This document shows, in pieces, positions 21,821 through 32,669 of a stretch of DNA of 64,000 nt. The notes beneath the pieces were generated by a model that was not told the DNA's origin, made no database searches, and saw only the letters and a list, made by a program, of their open reading frames with translations. The translations under genes and the position numbers were made by a program. The stretch lies in IMG/VR virus record IMGVR_UViG_3300042905_003904, positions 65,223 to 129,222 of that record, one strand, 5' to 3'. How positions within the stretch are numbered: the first letter of the stretch is position 1; every line of letters begins with the position of its first letter. Source of the DNA: a virus.

Positions 21821-22174
21821 TTAATGTCTGGAGAGACGATAGTCCTTCCCGTTTTTATCTAAAGAGATACTAATGCCTGTTTTGTTGATAGCTTTTGAGG
21901 ACCCTGCTGTTGGAAAATTGGTAATTCCGTAGGTTTTCATGATACGGTGGGCTATTGGTTTGGATATAACAACAGATCCTCGAATCTTCCGCTTCACCCA
22001 ACGATCGATCAAAGGGTCTTCCTTTTGCTGACTATGGCAAGCAGCCACCATATTTAAATGTTTTCTTTTATGGTTGTTAGTTCCCATGACCCTTTCCGTG
22101 GTCTGGTGATGAACACTCGTATTGGGTGTTTTCGATGCAGGTCGATTATAAAAACTTTTAAAGGTGGAATCCAC
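21821..22174 (-). CDS. hypothetical basic protein
   Basis: 117-aa ORF after a TAAATA motif. Confidence 0.55.
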   Translation of the reverse strand: MDSTFKSFYNRPASKTPNTSVHHQTTERVMGTNNHKRKHLNMVAACHSQQKEDPLIDRWVKRKIRGSVVISKPIAHRIMKTYGITNFPTAGSSKAINKTGISISLDKNGKDYRLSRH

Positions 22175-22188
22175 AATAGTATTTAGCC

Positions 22189-22225
22189 AAAAAGAAAGCC
22201 GAACCCATTATAGGTTCGGCTTTCT
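22189..22225 (-). terminator. intrinsic terminator
   Basis: 13-bp stem AGAAAGCCGAACC/GGTTCGGCTTTCT followed by a U-tract on the minus strand, after gene 22248. Confidence 0.8.
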
Positions 22226-22247
22226 AAACATTTGCCAGTGATGGTGA

Positions 22248-23099
22248 TTACTGATCGAACAGGAACTTACCAGTCTTAACACCCTTAGTGTCTTGGGACT
22301 TAGTAGCACCTTGGAAGGCGTCCTTCTTATCGGGAGCCTTTTCTAACTTGCCGTCATTTCCTTTACCGGTAGAGGGGGTGGATGCTTTGCCTTTCTTCTT
22401 GGGCACTGCGCCGGTTACGACTTGGGACTTAGTAGCACCTTGGAAGGCGTCCTTCTTATCAGGGGCCTTGGTCAATTCGACGGATTCTCCAGCCACTGGC
22501 TCTTCGTCGTCACCGTCATCTTCTACGTCCCACGAAAATTCATCGTCTTCTCCTTCTTCTGATTCGTCGCCAAGTTCTTCTCCGTCGCCTTCACTGTCTC
22601 CACCAGCGATACCCTTTAAAGCAGCTAGTGCTTGTTCGAGGGCTTTAATGGCAGCAGGAATGCCACCTTCTGGTTCTTCTTCGGATTCATCTTCATCAAT
22701 GTTTTCATCCGTAATAGGCAACTCATCGGATTGAATGTCTGTGCCAACCTCTCCACCCAGATCTCCACTATTGCTTCCCATGTCAGGGGTGCTAGGAGCA
22801 AAATTATCCCCGAAATCTTCGGCGAGATATTGATTAAACAGCTTATCAAAGGGATTGGAAGATTCCTTAGACATCTTCATCTTTTCGGGTTTGCCCTTAG
22901 AACCATCAGCATTGCTGTGCTCTTTGTCTTCTTTAGGCTTTTCTAAATCCTTTTTAACGTTCTCTTCAGCATCGTTTCCTTTTGGGAATTTCCCAAATGC
23001 TTCGGAGTTCTTTTTGAGGGTGGACCCTTTAACTTCTGGAGAATTAACTCCTTCGTTAAGAGTGGACATATAAAGGTCGATCAGAGGATTATTGCTCAT
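22248..23099 (-). CDS. highly acidic protein, possible prohead core/scaffold
   Basis: D/E-rich centre, K-rich ends, duplicated KAPDKKDAFQGATKSQ, L-x-E motifs. Confidence 0.55.
   Translation of the reverse strand: MSNNPLIDLYMSTLNEGVNSPEVKGSTLKKNSEAFGKFPKGNDAEENVKKDLEKPKEDKEHSNADGSKGKPEKMKMSKESSNPFDKLFNQYLAEDFGDNFAPSTPDMGSNSGDLGGEVGTDIQSDELPITDENIDEDESEEEPEGGIPAAIKALEQALAALKGIAGGDSEGDGEELGDESEEGEDDEFSWDVEDDGDDEEPVAGESVELTKAPDKKDAFQGATKSQVVTGAVPKKKGKASTPSTGKGNDGKLEKAPDKKDAFQGATKSQDTKGVKTGKFLFDQ
22292..22460. repeat. 40-bp perfect direct repeat (22292-22331, 22421-22460)
   Basis: CTTGGGACTTAGTAGCACCTTGGAAGGCGTCCTTCTTATC twice, in frame. Confidence 0.9.
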
Positions 23100-23109
23100 G
23101 TTGGTATGA

Positions 23110-23532
23110 CTATTTATCACCCAACAATCCCAAATCAAAGGAATTTCGTCCTAATTCTTGTTTGGAGAACATTCGTATTTTAGAAGATTGTAATTGTTCT
23201 CTGATACTATCCTTAATAATGGTCTTGGGTTTCTTATTTCGAATAGGTGGTTGCTTCCCAGGAGCTAAAACTTTCTTATCTAGAACCAAAAATAACACAG
23301 TCGGAGCCTCTTCTATGATGGAGAAATCTGTATTATTTAATACATCATTAAAATGATGAAGACTATCCAAGATTTCCAGGGCTGCTTCTAAGAAGTCTGG
23401 GTCAGAACTTTCATCAATTAGTTTTTGAACTAACTCAATGTCTGTTTGATAAATTGTTTTAAAATCCGGAGTGGTTACTGTATATTCAGAGGATTCTTCC
23501 AATTGATTAGTGTAGGTGAATGTGTGTTTCAT
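23110..23532 (-). CDS. hypothetical protein
   Basis: 140-aa ORF coupled to the upstream gene. Confidence 0.55.
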   Translation of the reverse strand: MKHTFTYTNQLEESSEYTVTTPDFKTIYQTDIELVQKLIDESSDPDFLEAALEILDSLHHFNDVLNNTDFSIIEEAPTVLFLVLDKKVLAPGKQPPIRNKKPKTIIKDSIREQLQSSKIRMFSKQELGRNSFDLGLLGDK

Positions 23533-24344
23533 AGTTTTTCTTGGTCTAAAATAAATTCTGCTTCTTTTTGTAAATCCAGAACTTCAATTACTTCAGGACC
23601 TTCTGGTTTACCCACCCAAATAATCTGGGAGTTCTTTAATTTAAAGGGAGTATTTTTCTCCAACATAATTCGATACAACCAAAGCTGGAGGCTATATTTC
23701 ACTTGTTCTGACTGGGCTAAATGGCTAAGCGGGCCAATAAATTTAGTATTATATTTGGACTTTTCCTCCATCGCCTTATTGGTTTTCCAGTCCAAGATAA
23801 TTAATTGTTGGGAAGGAACATGCAGAGAAAGGTTGTCGATACAACCACAAATTCCTGTTTCGCGGTCGCCTATAATAAATTCAGGACGAATCAAAATGTG
23901 GTCCTTTTTCCACTCTTTATAGAATTCCAGGAAATTCTTAATCAGTCCAGCCACCTTTTCATAATAGTCTGGAATGGCTTCAGGGGTTCGATAATCTGCC
24001 CATTTCTTAAAGAATAGGCTGATGGCTTCTTGGTCAATCCCAATTTGTCTTCTCTGAAGAAAGTGTTCTACAAAGCTATGAAATTCAGAACCCACATGAG
24101 AAGCATATTCTCCTCCAAATTCCCATTTATTTAAAACATCAGAAACTTCTACTCCCTGCTTTCTAGCCACGAAGAAGGCGACCTTCTCAGCATCAAACGG
24201 CGTCTCATATTTATGGATGAGCTTGGTGACCGACATCTTGGCTGGTTTACCGTCAATAGAATAGGTATGATTTTTCTCCACAAATCTTATGTGGGCGAAA
24301 CTCTCATCTAAAGTTTGAAATGCTGACCAGCTTAATTTTGGCAT
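23529..24344 (-). CDS. PD-(D/E)XK (Cas4/RecB-like) exonuclease
   Basis: SVTKLI, GSEFH, PE..., CGCIDNL...ILDWKT, YSLQLWLY. Confidence 0.85.
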   Translation of the reverse strand: MPKLSWSAFQTLDESFAHIRFVEKNHTYSIDGKPAKMSVTKLIHKYETPFDAEKVAFFVARKQGVEVSDVLNKWEFGGEYASHVGSEFHSFVEHFLQRRQIGIDQEAISLFFKKWADYRTPEAIPDYYEKVAGLIKNFLEFYKEWKKDHILIRPEFIIGDRETGICGCIDNLSLHVPSQQLIILDWKTNKAMEEKSKYNTKFIGPLSHLAQSEQVKYSLQLWLYRIMLEKNTPFKLKNSQIIWVGKPEGPEVIEVLDLQKEAEFILDQEKL

Positions 24345-24393
24345 AATTGATTTTCGTCTAGGCATTCCTGGAAATCTACGGTATTATTAAAAC

Positions 24394-26033
24394 ATGAAAG
24401 CATATAAAGTAGAACTTCTTATTATTGATTTTGATGAATTAGGTAAAGAACAAATCGTCGAAGAATTGGTTAATGCCAATTTCCCAAATGATTGTATTAC
24501 CATAAACGTTAAAAATATTGTTGAAAAGGACATTGGGGAATGGCATGATGATCATCCATTGAACATTCGCATTTATGCTGATGCGGAATACCAGAAAATC
24601 TTCGGTATTATTAAAACATGAAACGCTCCAAGTGCATAACCACTCGCAAATCAGACATCTCCGAGATAGATTCTCAGATCAAAACATGGGAGGAACTCTG
24701 TAAATATTGGCCGAACTGGCAGGAAGGCAGAAAATCCCTTAATGACCTCAAGGATATCCGGGTAGCTATAGCTTCTCGAATCGGTCAAGTTACCGTTTAA
24801 TATGAACAACAAAACCACTAACGATTATCCAGATGAACCCATCTGCGAACTGTCTCTGTGTGAAACGGTTCATCTTGTTTTAAAACCAAACCAAATTTAC
24901 ATTTTCCGCGTTGATCCTACGTGTCCAACCTGTGTAAAATTAAATTCAGATCCAACATACACAGGAACCACTAAATGATCACTTGCCGCGACTGTAAACA
25001 TTGGATGTGTCCTCACCCAGAATGGTTAGAGAATTACTCCCGAGAAACTCCACCAAAAGAAGGTTGGATGGATGGAGTATGTAAAACTCTTCAACATGGT
25101 ATTACTATTGAAGTTTCTGGTGGTTGGGAGGGTGCTACAGTAGATTCCGTAGAAACTGATGCCAATTTCGGATGCATATACGCCGAAGCAAAATAATATG
25201 GCTGAAACTCTCGAACAAGTTATTAAAGAACGGGATGCTCTGCGAATTTGCTTTGCAGAAGCCTCCCACAGCGATTGTGCTAATGGCCGAGAACGATATC
25301 TGAAGGATGGGTGGCTGTTTCCAGAGAAAGTCGAAGAACTCGTAAAAGCCGTTTGGAACGCTGCTTTTAGAATTGGTTATAATAATGGTTCCTCCAATGC
25401 CACTTCCTGGGAATGGGGATGTGGTGGAACTGAACCCAAAGAAGCAGAAAAGGCATGGAAAGAAGATGTTCAATGGATGATAGATACAGAATTTGATCCC
25501 ATAGACATTAAGGACCCAAAACATTGGGAGCGGGTTTAGAATAGACATTCCCGGCAATTTATCAGAATATCTTTATATGAAACACATCAAACAAATCGAA
25601 GTAGAAGCATTTACTGATGGCGCTGGTCGTCCCACCTGTGCTACTAATTTTCAGACTGGTGAAGTTTGTAAATTTTACAGGACCCAACGATTTGGTTGCC
25701 ATGAAACTTGTGTATTTGCTGAGGATAATGGAAAATATTCCGATGGAATGCAACGCCGAACCTCGCTTACTGGTGTGGCTGGTGATGGCACACTAATCCC
25801 TTTGAAAACGTGTCCTATTTGGAATAAAGTTTAATATGAAACCAGAAATCAAAGTTAAAATAGACAATCTACGACAGAAGGATCCTCATGATCTAGATGG
25901 CTGGATTCATGGGTGGTTGCGTTATGAAGCCTTGCGAAAATTGAATGTCATGGAATTTGCTGGCCTATTTGAACGCAACATTCGCGGCGAAAACTTTGAT
26001 GAAATGATCGATGAGTTAATTTTGTTACATTAA
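24394..26033 (+). other. run of small hypothetical early-type genes (24394, 24618, 24802, 24975, 25159, 25577, 25836)
   Basis: Tightly packed 58-126 aa ORFs, several Cys-rich. Confidence 0.6.
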
Positions 26034-26192
26034 TATGATAATCACAGTTGCTTACCATAATTGGATAAAAACATTAGATTGGACGCCAAATATACCCCTG
26101 TGCGAATATACGGGGTTTATACGGCTGGACGGAGATCTAAAAGAAATTCGCGAAATTCATAGAACCAAAAACGGAATTCAAATAGAACTAAT

Positions 26193-26651
26193 ATGAACCG
26201 AGAAATTAAATTTCGAGCGTGGTTTAACGAAATGCAAGCACCCCAAATGATTTATCCTCATTTGGATGATTTTATTTATTGGGATGGTTTAGTAGCAGCC
26301 CAATTGGATATATGTGTTTATAAAAATATGGAGATTTCATATATTCCAGTAAATGGCACTAGATATCCAGATCAGCTAGGAGAACTCTCAGATACTTTGT
26401 GGGATGCTCCTAATAGCACATTAATGCAATTTACTGGAATGAAAGACAGGGCTGGAAATGATGTATACGAAGGGGACATCATTTCACATCAACGTGAAAG
26501 TTATAAACCTTATGTGGTAGAATATAACGAACGAACAGGATCATTTACGGCTAGTGGCTATGGAATTAATACTAATGTTGGACAATGTGTTAGCATGTGT
26601 AGTTTAACTGTTGTTGGAAATATCTTTGAAAATCCTGAATTGTTAAAGTAA
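26193..26651 (+). CDS. YopX-family protein
   Basis: MNREIKFRAW...LMQFTGMKD...YEGDII...VVGNIFENPELL. Confidence 0.9.
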   Translation: MNREIKFRAWFNEMQAPQMIYPHLDDFIYWDGLVAAQLDICVYKNMEISYIPVNGTRYPDQLGELSDTLWDAPNSTLMQFTGMKDRAGNDVYEGDIISHQRESYKPYVVEYNERTGSFTASGYGINTNVGQCVSMCSLTVVGNIFENPELLK

Positions 26652-26660
26652 ACTCTTATT

Positions 26661-26975
26661 ATGAAGAAGTGCCCCAAACAATTCGAAGATAATGACTTCC
26701 GTCGAACCCAGATTTGCCGCGAAGGAAACGTTGCCATCTATAAACAGGAACCCGTAAAACTTTCTTACGGCCCTTACTATGAAGTAGTGGTCATCGAATG
26801 GAAGAAACGATGCGAAATTAAAGGACCCAAAGGACAAATCAATGTCATTGAGGCAGGAGAACATTACCCCGGAAATAGTTTGTGGGGACAAAAAGGATGG
26901 ACCTATACTAATCTACCCGAAGCTCAAATTAAATTTGCTAAAGTGGTAAAACAAGAAATTAAGAAACTGTCATGA
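26661..26975 (+). CDS. hypothetical protein
   Basis: YEVV...EHYPGNSLWGQKGWTY motif typical of small phage proteins. Confidence 0.6.
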   Translation: MKKCPKQFEDNDFRRTQICREGNVAIYKQEPVKLSYGPYYEVVVIEWKKRCEIKGPKGQINVIEAGEHYPGNSLWGQKGWTYTNLPEAQIKFAKVVKQEIKKLS

Positions 26976-27370
26976 AGCCAATTAAATTTAGAACGTGGGA
27001 TATTAAGAAGAAAAAATGGGTTCTTTCTATTCCACCAGAGGAATACATGTTGGATGAAGATTGTTGGGATCAACCACAAGATCCCGAAGACGCATGGTTT
27101 ATTTGTCCTGCTAACCCCTTGCCAACATTTAAGGGTCGTTTAATACACCAACAGTTTATTGGTTTAAAAGATTCTAAAGGAACCGAAATCTATGAAGGGG
27201 ATATCGTGAAAGGAAATTTGTCTTCTTTTGGGGAATCCTATTTTGCGGAGGTTAAATGGAGTGCGTTTATGTGGAACGCCTTGACCTTCGGTGGGAATAA
27301 TGTTTGGTTGTCAGACGTTTTGGAGGTGATGGGAAATATCTTTGAAAATAGTGATTTATTAAAAGATTAA
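26972..27370 (+). CDS. YopX-family protein
   Basis: IKFRTWD...QQFIGLKD...IYEGDIV...EVMGNIFEN. Confidence 0.9.
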   Translation: MKPIKFRTWDIKKKKWVLSIPPEEYMLDEDCWDQPQDPEDAWFICPANPLPTFKGRLIHQQFIGLKDSKGTEIYEGDIVKGNLSSFGESYFAEVKWSAFMWNALTFGGNNVWLSDVLEVMGNIFENSDLLKD

Positions 27371-27383
27371 CTTAAAATGGAGA

Positions 27384-27818
27384 ATGGCTTCCGAATTAAC
27401 CCTCTTAAATCAGAAACAAATAGGAAGTTTGATGCGCCGCTGCATTCGGTTGGCCCAAAAGGCTCCTGTGGATTTCTTTTATATTAAGAAATTAAAGGGG
27501 TGTCAGGGTTTGTGGTATCCAGAGAGAACAGAGAACGATCCGGTGGATTCTGGGCGGTTTCATGATAAGAAACATATCATTTTAGATCCCCGGCGTGGGT
27601 TTATTGGCACTTTAATTCACGAATTAATTCATGAACTCGAACCAGATTGGACGGAGCGACAGGTTTTATATGCTGATTCTCGCTGCATAAACTGCGCGTC
27701 CTTGCATTTGATTTTAAAACTCCTGAAGGTCGTCGTTGACAAGGTTTATAAAAGGGAAGCGCAGAAAATAAAAAAGAAATTTCCCAAAAGAAACACAGAG
27801 ATTAAAGCATCAAACTGA
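27384..27818 (+). CDS. putative zincin-like metalloprotein
   Basis: TLIHELIH (HExxH). Confidence 0.55.
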   Translation: MASELTLLNQKQIGSLMRRCIRLAQKAPVDFFYIKKLKGCQGLWYPERTENDPVDSGRFHDKKHIILDPRRGFIGTLIHELIHELEPDWTERQVLYADSRCINCASLHLILKLLKVVVDKVYKREAQKIKKKFPKRNTEIKASN

Positions 27819-27832
27819 TAAATAATGATCCT

Positions 27833-29860
27833 ATGTTAACTACTGAAGCAGTTGGAAATACTGCACCTCGAATTGTGGAATCTTATGAGTCGGATTTATT
27901 GCCTAAAGAATTTTTAGAACCCTATCAAACTAAGAAAGTTCCGTGGGGGTTTAATGGGCTGGGATATATTGTCTATAAAAGAACATATGCCCGCAAATTG
28001 AATGATTCCGATCAAACCGAAGAATGGTGGCAAACAGTGGCTCGTGCGGTAAATGGGGCACAAAAAATTGGCGCAAAATATACCCAGGAAGAAGCCCAAC
28101 AACTTTATGATTTGGTATTTAATCTAAAATGTAATTTTTCTGGTAGGGCTCTTTGGCAACTAGGAACATCTACGGTAGATCGGTTTGGTGGGAACAGTCT
28201 GTTGAATTGTTGGTTTGTGGCAATGAACGAACCCAAAGCATTCACTTTCCTATTTGAAAATTTGATGCTCGGCGGCGGAGTTGGATTTTCTATTCGTCGA
28301 GAAGATATTCACGAACTCCCCAAGATTAAACGAGGGGTTAAAACAGAACATCAAAATGTTAAGGATGCTGATTTTATTGTTCCAGATTCCCGACAGGGAT
28401 GGGTTCAACTGTTGGTAAAAGTTTTAGAAGCCTTTTATGTTACTGGAAAATCTTTCACGTATTCTACGATTTTAGTTCGTGGGGCTAATGAGAAAATTCA
28501 TGGATTTGGAGGCACCGCCTCTGGCCCGGGCATTCTGATTGATGGTATCGAAAAGATCGGCAAAATTTTTCAACAAAGAGAAGGAAAGAAGCTTCGTTCT
28601 TTGGATGTATTGGATATCAACAATATTATTGGCAGTATTGTAGTGGCTGGTAATGTCCGAAGATCTGCCCAAATTGCTTTAGGAGATCCAGATGATTATC
28701 TCTTTTTAAGGGCCAAGAATTGGTCTCTGGGAAACATTCCAAATACTCGGGCTATGTCCAATAATACCATCTATGCGGATGATTACGAACATATCAGTCC
28801 AGAAATTTGGGATAACGGGTATATCAAAGATTCTAAAACGGGAATGGCAAAAGGAGAAGCTTATGGGTTTTTCAATCTTCCACTCTCTCAGAAGTTTGGC
28901 CGTCTTAAAGACGGGTTAATGAAAGGATGCCGAATGTATCCTGCAGAATATGATAATGTTACAGGAACAAATCCGTGTGGGGAAATTTCATTAGCTTCTT
29001 GGGAATGTTGCAATCTGGCGGAAATTTATTTGAACAATATTACCAGCAAAGAAGAATTGTTTTTGGCTGCCCGCCTCCAATACAAAACCCAAAAAGCAAT
29101 TGCAGCCCTTCAATTCTTGCACGAAGAAACCAATAAAATCGTGCATAAGAATATGCGTCTTGGTCAGGGAGTTACTGGCGTATGCCAATCCTTAGATAAA
29201 TTAGAATGGTTGGATGAATGCTATGTCAAGCTTCGTAAATTTGACAAGGAATGGAGTAAGCAAAATAATTGGCCTGAAAGTATTAAGTTGACCACTATTA
29301 AACCATCAGGCACTTTATCTCTATTGGCCGGATCTACTCCAGGTGGACACGGTGCTATTTATCCGTTTTATATTCGAAACATCAGAATGTCTTCCCAAGA
29401 CGCTTTGGTTCCGTTCTGTCGGAATATTGGGTGTGCTGTGGAATATGCCAGAAACTTCGACAAGTCTAAAAACTATGATACTGTGGTGGTTAGCTTTCCG
29501 TGTCAATCCAACGGGGCTGTGTTGGCTAGTGAATTAGGAGCCATCAAACAATTAGAATTGGTAAAGACCCTACAAACGGTTTGGTCAGACAATGCTGTGT
29601 CTGTAACCGTTTATTACCGCCCAGAAGAACTTGACGACATCAAAGTTTGGCTTAAAGAAAATTACGAAACCGGAATTAAGTCAGTTAGTTTCTTGCTTCA
29701 TGATGACCACGGATTCGATCAAGCACCATACATTGAAGTTTCTGAAGAAGAATATGGTAAACTGGTGGCTGGAATGAAGCCCATTACCAACATCCAGAAT
29801 CTGGGGGATGGTGATTTGGAAACTATGGAATGTGCTGGTGGGGCATGTCCTATTAAATAA
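27833..29860 (+). CDS. nrdJ: class II (B12-dependent) ribonucleoside-triphosphate reductase
   Basis: SGRALW, LLNCWF, VVAGNVRRSA, TNPCGEI, CNLAE, TTIKPSGT, C-terminal CAGGACP. Confidence 0.93.
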   Translation: MLTTEAVGNTAPRIVESYESDLLPKEFLEPYQTKKVPWGFNGLGYIVYKRTYARKLNDSDQTEEWWQTVARAVNGAQKIGAKYTQEEAQQLYDLVFNLKCNFSGRALWQLGTSTVDRFGGNSLLNCWFVAMNEPKAFTFLFENLMLGGGVGFSIRREDIHELPKIKRGVKTEHQNVKDADFIVPDSRQGWVQLLVKVLEAFYVTGKSFTYSTILVRGANEKIHGFGGTASGPGILIDGIEKIGKIFQQREGKKLRSLDVLDINNIIGSIVVAGNVRRSAQIALGDPDDYLFLRAKNWSLGNIPNTRAMSNNTIYADDYEHISPEIWDNGYIKDSKTGMAKGEAYGFFNLPLSQKFGRLKDGLMKGCRMYPAEYDNVTGTNPCGEISLASWECCNLAEIYLNNITSKEELFLAARLQYKTQKAIAALQFLHEETNKIVHKNMRLGQGVTGVCQSLDKLEWLDECYVKLRKFDKEWSKQNNWPESIKLTTIKPSGTLSLLAGSTPGGHGAIYPFYIRNIRMSSQDALVPFCRNIGCAVEYARNFDKSKNYDTVVVSFPCQSNGAVLASELGAIKQLELVKTLQTVWSDNAVSVTVYYRPEELDDIKVWLKENYETGIKSVSFLLHDDHGFDQAPYIEVSEEEYGKLVAGMKPITNIQNLGDGDLETMECAGGACPIK

Positions 29861-29916
29861 GCGGTCCATTCCAACTTTGAAGTTGTATTCTATTTTAACC
29901 TAAATAGAATATCGAT

Positions 29917-31338
29917 ATGACGTTTAAAGAATTTTACACAGAAGCCACCAAAGTGCCTTTGACTAATTGGGCCGACTTGCAACAAAAGTCTCCCATGTTA
30001 AAGGCTGCCGTTGGGCTTTTAGCTGCCATTGAAGAAGTAAATAGTTCTGCGGAAGCCTTGATTGTGGGTGGCGCCGTTCGAGACATTCTTCTTCAAAAGG
30101 ACCCGAAGGATGTTGATATTGCTACTAATTTACCCACAGACGAATTGACCCGTCATTTCAAAACGCATGACGTGGGGGCCAGTAAAGATTTTGGTATTCA
30201 TACCGTAACCTGGGAGGGATATCAATTTGAGGTGGCCGCATTTCGTTCTGAAACGGGAAGCGCAGATAATCGTCGCCCAGACTCCGTGTCCAAAGTCGAT
30301 TCTTTCGAAGAAGACTCGAAACGTCGTGATATCACTTTCAACGCGCTTGGACTCAGTAGAGATGGCGTTATTATTGACTATCACAACGGCATCGAGGATT
30401 TGAATAACAAGATTGTTCGCACTGTAGGCAATGCTCGGGAGAGATTTAAGGAAGATGGCTTGCGGATTTGTCGGGTAATGCGTTTTGCCTCAAAGATGGG
30501 ATTTAAAATTGAACCAGACACCAAGAAGGCCATCATTGAACTCAAACATTTGGTAGAAACAATGCCGGGTGAAAGGGTGCGGGATGAAATGCTTAAAGCT
30601 GCAACGAGTGGTAATTCCTTAGCAGATTACTTCATCCATTTAAATGATGTGGGTCTTTTAGAAAAGATTCTGCCAGAGTTTAAGGCTATGGAAGGTAAGC
30701 CACATACCAAAGAAACCCACCCAGAAGGGGGCGTTTTTGAGCACGTTATATCTGCGATGCGACAGTCTAGGTCTACAGACCCAATTACCAACTTGGCTAT
30801 TGCCTTTCATGATTTGGGTAAGGCCATTACCTTGACCTTTACACCTGAAGGGAAGCCTCAATATAAAGGCCATGAATATGATGGTTTACCTTTAATTGAC
30901 GCCATTGCCAACCGATTGAAATTCTCCACCGAAGATAAACAAGCCATTAAATTTGCAATGGAACACCACATGCACGGACATCGCATTAAGGAAATGTCTC
31001 CGTCTAAGCTCATTGGAATGAGGCATTCTCCTCACTGGGAACATTTGAAGCAAACCTTTAGGGCTGACGATGCTTCGAGGCTTCATTTATTCGATGAAAA
31101 GGAATATGATTCCAAGATGGAGCACATCGAAAACCTTTACAATACCTTTGGTAAGAAGCAGGAATTTGAAAGGAAGATGAGCGAACTGATCAACGGACAA
31201 ATGATTATGAAGATCGTGCCTGGAGTTAAAGGTCCTGCAATCGGCAAAATTAAAGACGCCGTTCGTCAATGGATCGTGGATGCCCAATTCCAAGTCACCC
31301 AAGATCAGGTAATTGCGAAGATTAAGGAATTAGCTTAA
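29917..31338 (+). CDS. cca: CCA tRNA nucleotidyltransferase with HD domain
   Basis: VGGAVRD...DVDIAT, RRDITFNAL, RFKEDGLR, ERVRDE, HPEGGVFEH, FHDLGK. Confidence 0.9.
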   Translation: MTFKEFYTEATKVPLTNWADLQQKSPMLKAAVGLLAAIEEVNSSAEALIVGGAVRDILLQKDPKDVDIATNLPTDELTRHFKTHDVGASKDFGIHTVTWEGYQFEVAAFRSETGSADNRRPDSVSKVDSFEEDSKRRDITFNALGLSRDGVIIDYHNGIEDLNNKIVRTVGNARERFKEDGLRICRVMRFASKMGFKIEPDTKKAIIELKHLVETMPGERVRDEMLKAATSGNSLADYFIHLNDVGLLEKILPEFKAMEGKPHTKETHPEGGVFEHVISAMRQSRSTDPITNLAIAFHDLGKAITLTFTPEGKPQYKGHEYDGLPLIDAIANRLKFSTEDKQAIKFAMEHHMHGHRIKEMSPSKLIGMRHSPHWEHLKQTFRADDASRLHLFDEKEYDSKMEHIENLYNTFGKKQEFERKMSELINGQMIMKIVPGVKGPAIGKIKDAVRQWIVDAQFQVTQDQVIAKIKELA

Positions 31339-31619
31339 ACTTCAGGTCCACCCAAAGAAGGCAATCCGTCATCGCTATGAGGACTCTCGTGCCGTTGTTT
31401 AGGTTCTCCCAATACATTAGTATTGGTCCGCAGATATTCCATACAGGCATTCCAACCAGCCACAAAATCTATTTCACTAACCTTTTGGGCTGAATATGGA
31501 TTATCATTAGCATTGGCCAATTTATAAGTCTGAAATGCTGTCTTTGCTTCTGGGGAAAAATGGCGATAAACCCCGCCTTCGTTTAAGGCTTCTGCAATAA
31601 CTCGGTCGTAACTACTCAT
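31335..31619 (-). CDS. hypothetical protein
   Basis: 94-aa ORF. Confidence 0.55.
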   Translation of the reverse strand: MSSYDRVIAEALNEGGVYRHFSPEAKTAFQTYKLANANDNPYSAQKVSEIDFVAGWNACMEYLRTNTNVLGEPKQRHESPHSDDGLPSLGGPEV

Positions 31620-31947
31620 GGCTGGCAGATCCTAAAATTTGCTTATGGGCTGGCGGGCGTTGTCCTCCGTGCATTTCAGTCCGCCACACATCTTGGTCTG
31701 ACATTTTGGAACCCGAACCGACTAATGCTTCGATTTTAGCAATTAGTGGACGAAGAGCAGAGTCCCTATCACTGTCTCCAAATGCGGTCAATTCTTGTAA
31801 AAACGGCAAAGCTAGTTTGAGCAATGCAATCGGCGTTTCTTCATTAGGATCGCCCATATCCTCGTTTAATGATTGCAAAGGTGTTTTACCTTCTTTTAAG
31901 ATCTGCAGATAGTAAGGGACGAAACTCATGGGACTATTTATCTCCAT
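31612..31947 (-). CDS. hypothetical protein
   Basis: ORF, probable start MSFVPYY. Confidence 0.5.
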   Translation of the reverse strand: MEINSPMSFVPYYLQILKEGKTPLQSLNEDMGDPNEETPIALLKLALPFLQELTAFGDSDRDSALRPLIAKIEALVGSGSKMSDQDVWRTEMHGGQRPPAHKQILGSASHE

Positions 31948-31955
31948 GATGGCAA

Positions 31956-32495
31956 CTATAACCAGAATCTAGGAGTTCGAGTCAGTGCTAAACTCAAAAG
32001 TCTTGCTGACTGTCTTGCGTCCTTCAGTGGATTGTGAATAGGTAGTTCATCTGGAAGACGATCGTATTTTGCTAAAGGATTCATGCCAGCCGCTAACAAA
32101 ACGGTGGCAATATCATGCAAAGGATAAGGGGCTTGGTCTTTCCTAGTCCGATAATCATCTTTTACACAAGCACCCAAAAATCGCGCCTCAACAGGATAAC
32201 AACAATCAGCAGCAACTAAAATATTTGGATATTTCTTTTTGGCTGCAGTTAATGCGACCCAGAATGCCCCACGCACGCCAACTGGGGTTTTATGGGTAAC
32301 CTCTAGGTCTTTAACATTCTCTTCAATCCACTTTCGGTCTTCTGCAGTTCCTAGAGCAACCCCAGGATCACAAGCAAATTCAAACTCTGATTCCGAGTGT
32401 CCATTGGCATAATATAACCCACCACCCACAGCATAACCCTCTCCATACAGGCCAATAGACTCTACGTCGAAAACAAAAAAGACCGGATCTTTCAT
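31956..32495 (-). CDS. DEDDh 3'-5' exonuclease-like protein
   Basis: FVFDVES...HDI...HNPLKDA. Confidence 0.75.
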   Translation of the reverse strand: MKDPVFFVFDVESIGLYGEGYAVGGGLYYANGHSESEFEFACDPGVALGTAEDRKWIEENVKDLEVTHKTPVGVRGAFWVALTAAKKKYPNILVAADCCYPVEARFLGACVKDDYRTRKDQAPYPLHDIATVLLAAGMNPLAKYDRLPDELPIHNPLKDARQSARLLSLALTRTPRFWL

Positions 32496-32669
32496 AAGTC
32501 TATTTAGCAGCGTCTCTTAATCCCATCAGTCGAAATCGTTCATCCAGAGATTCGTTGATCCTAGACATATATTCCTCTTTCTCCTTACCAGCAGGAGCTT
32601 TCTCCCATTGCTTTCGAATCAAGGACAATGTTTTATCCATAGTAGCAATTAACTTTTCGTATTCGGTTT

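Noticed and set aside
23529-24344. CRISPR-Cas system from the Cas4-like gene
   Set aside because: No array or other cas genes; stand-alone phage exonuclease
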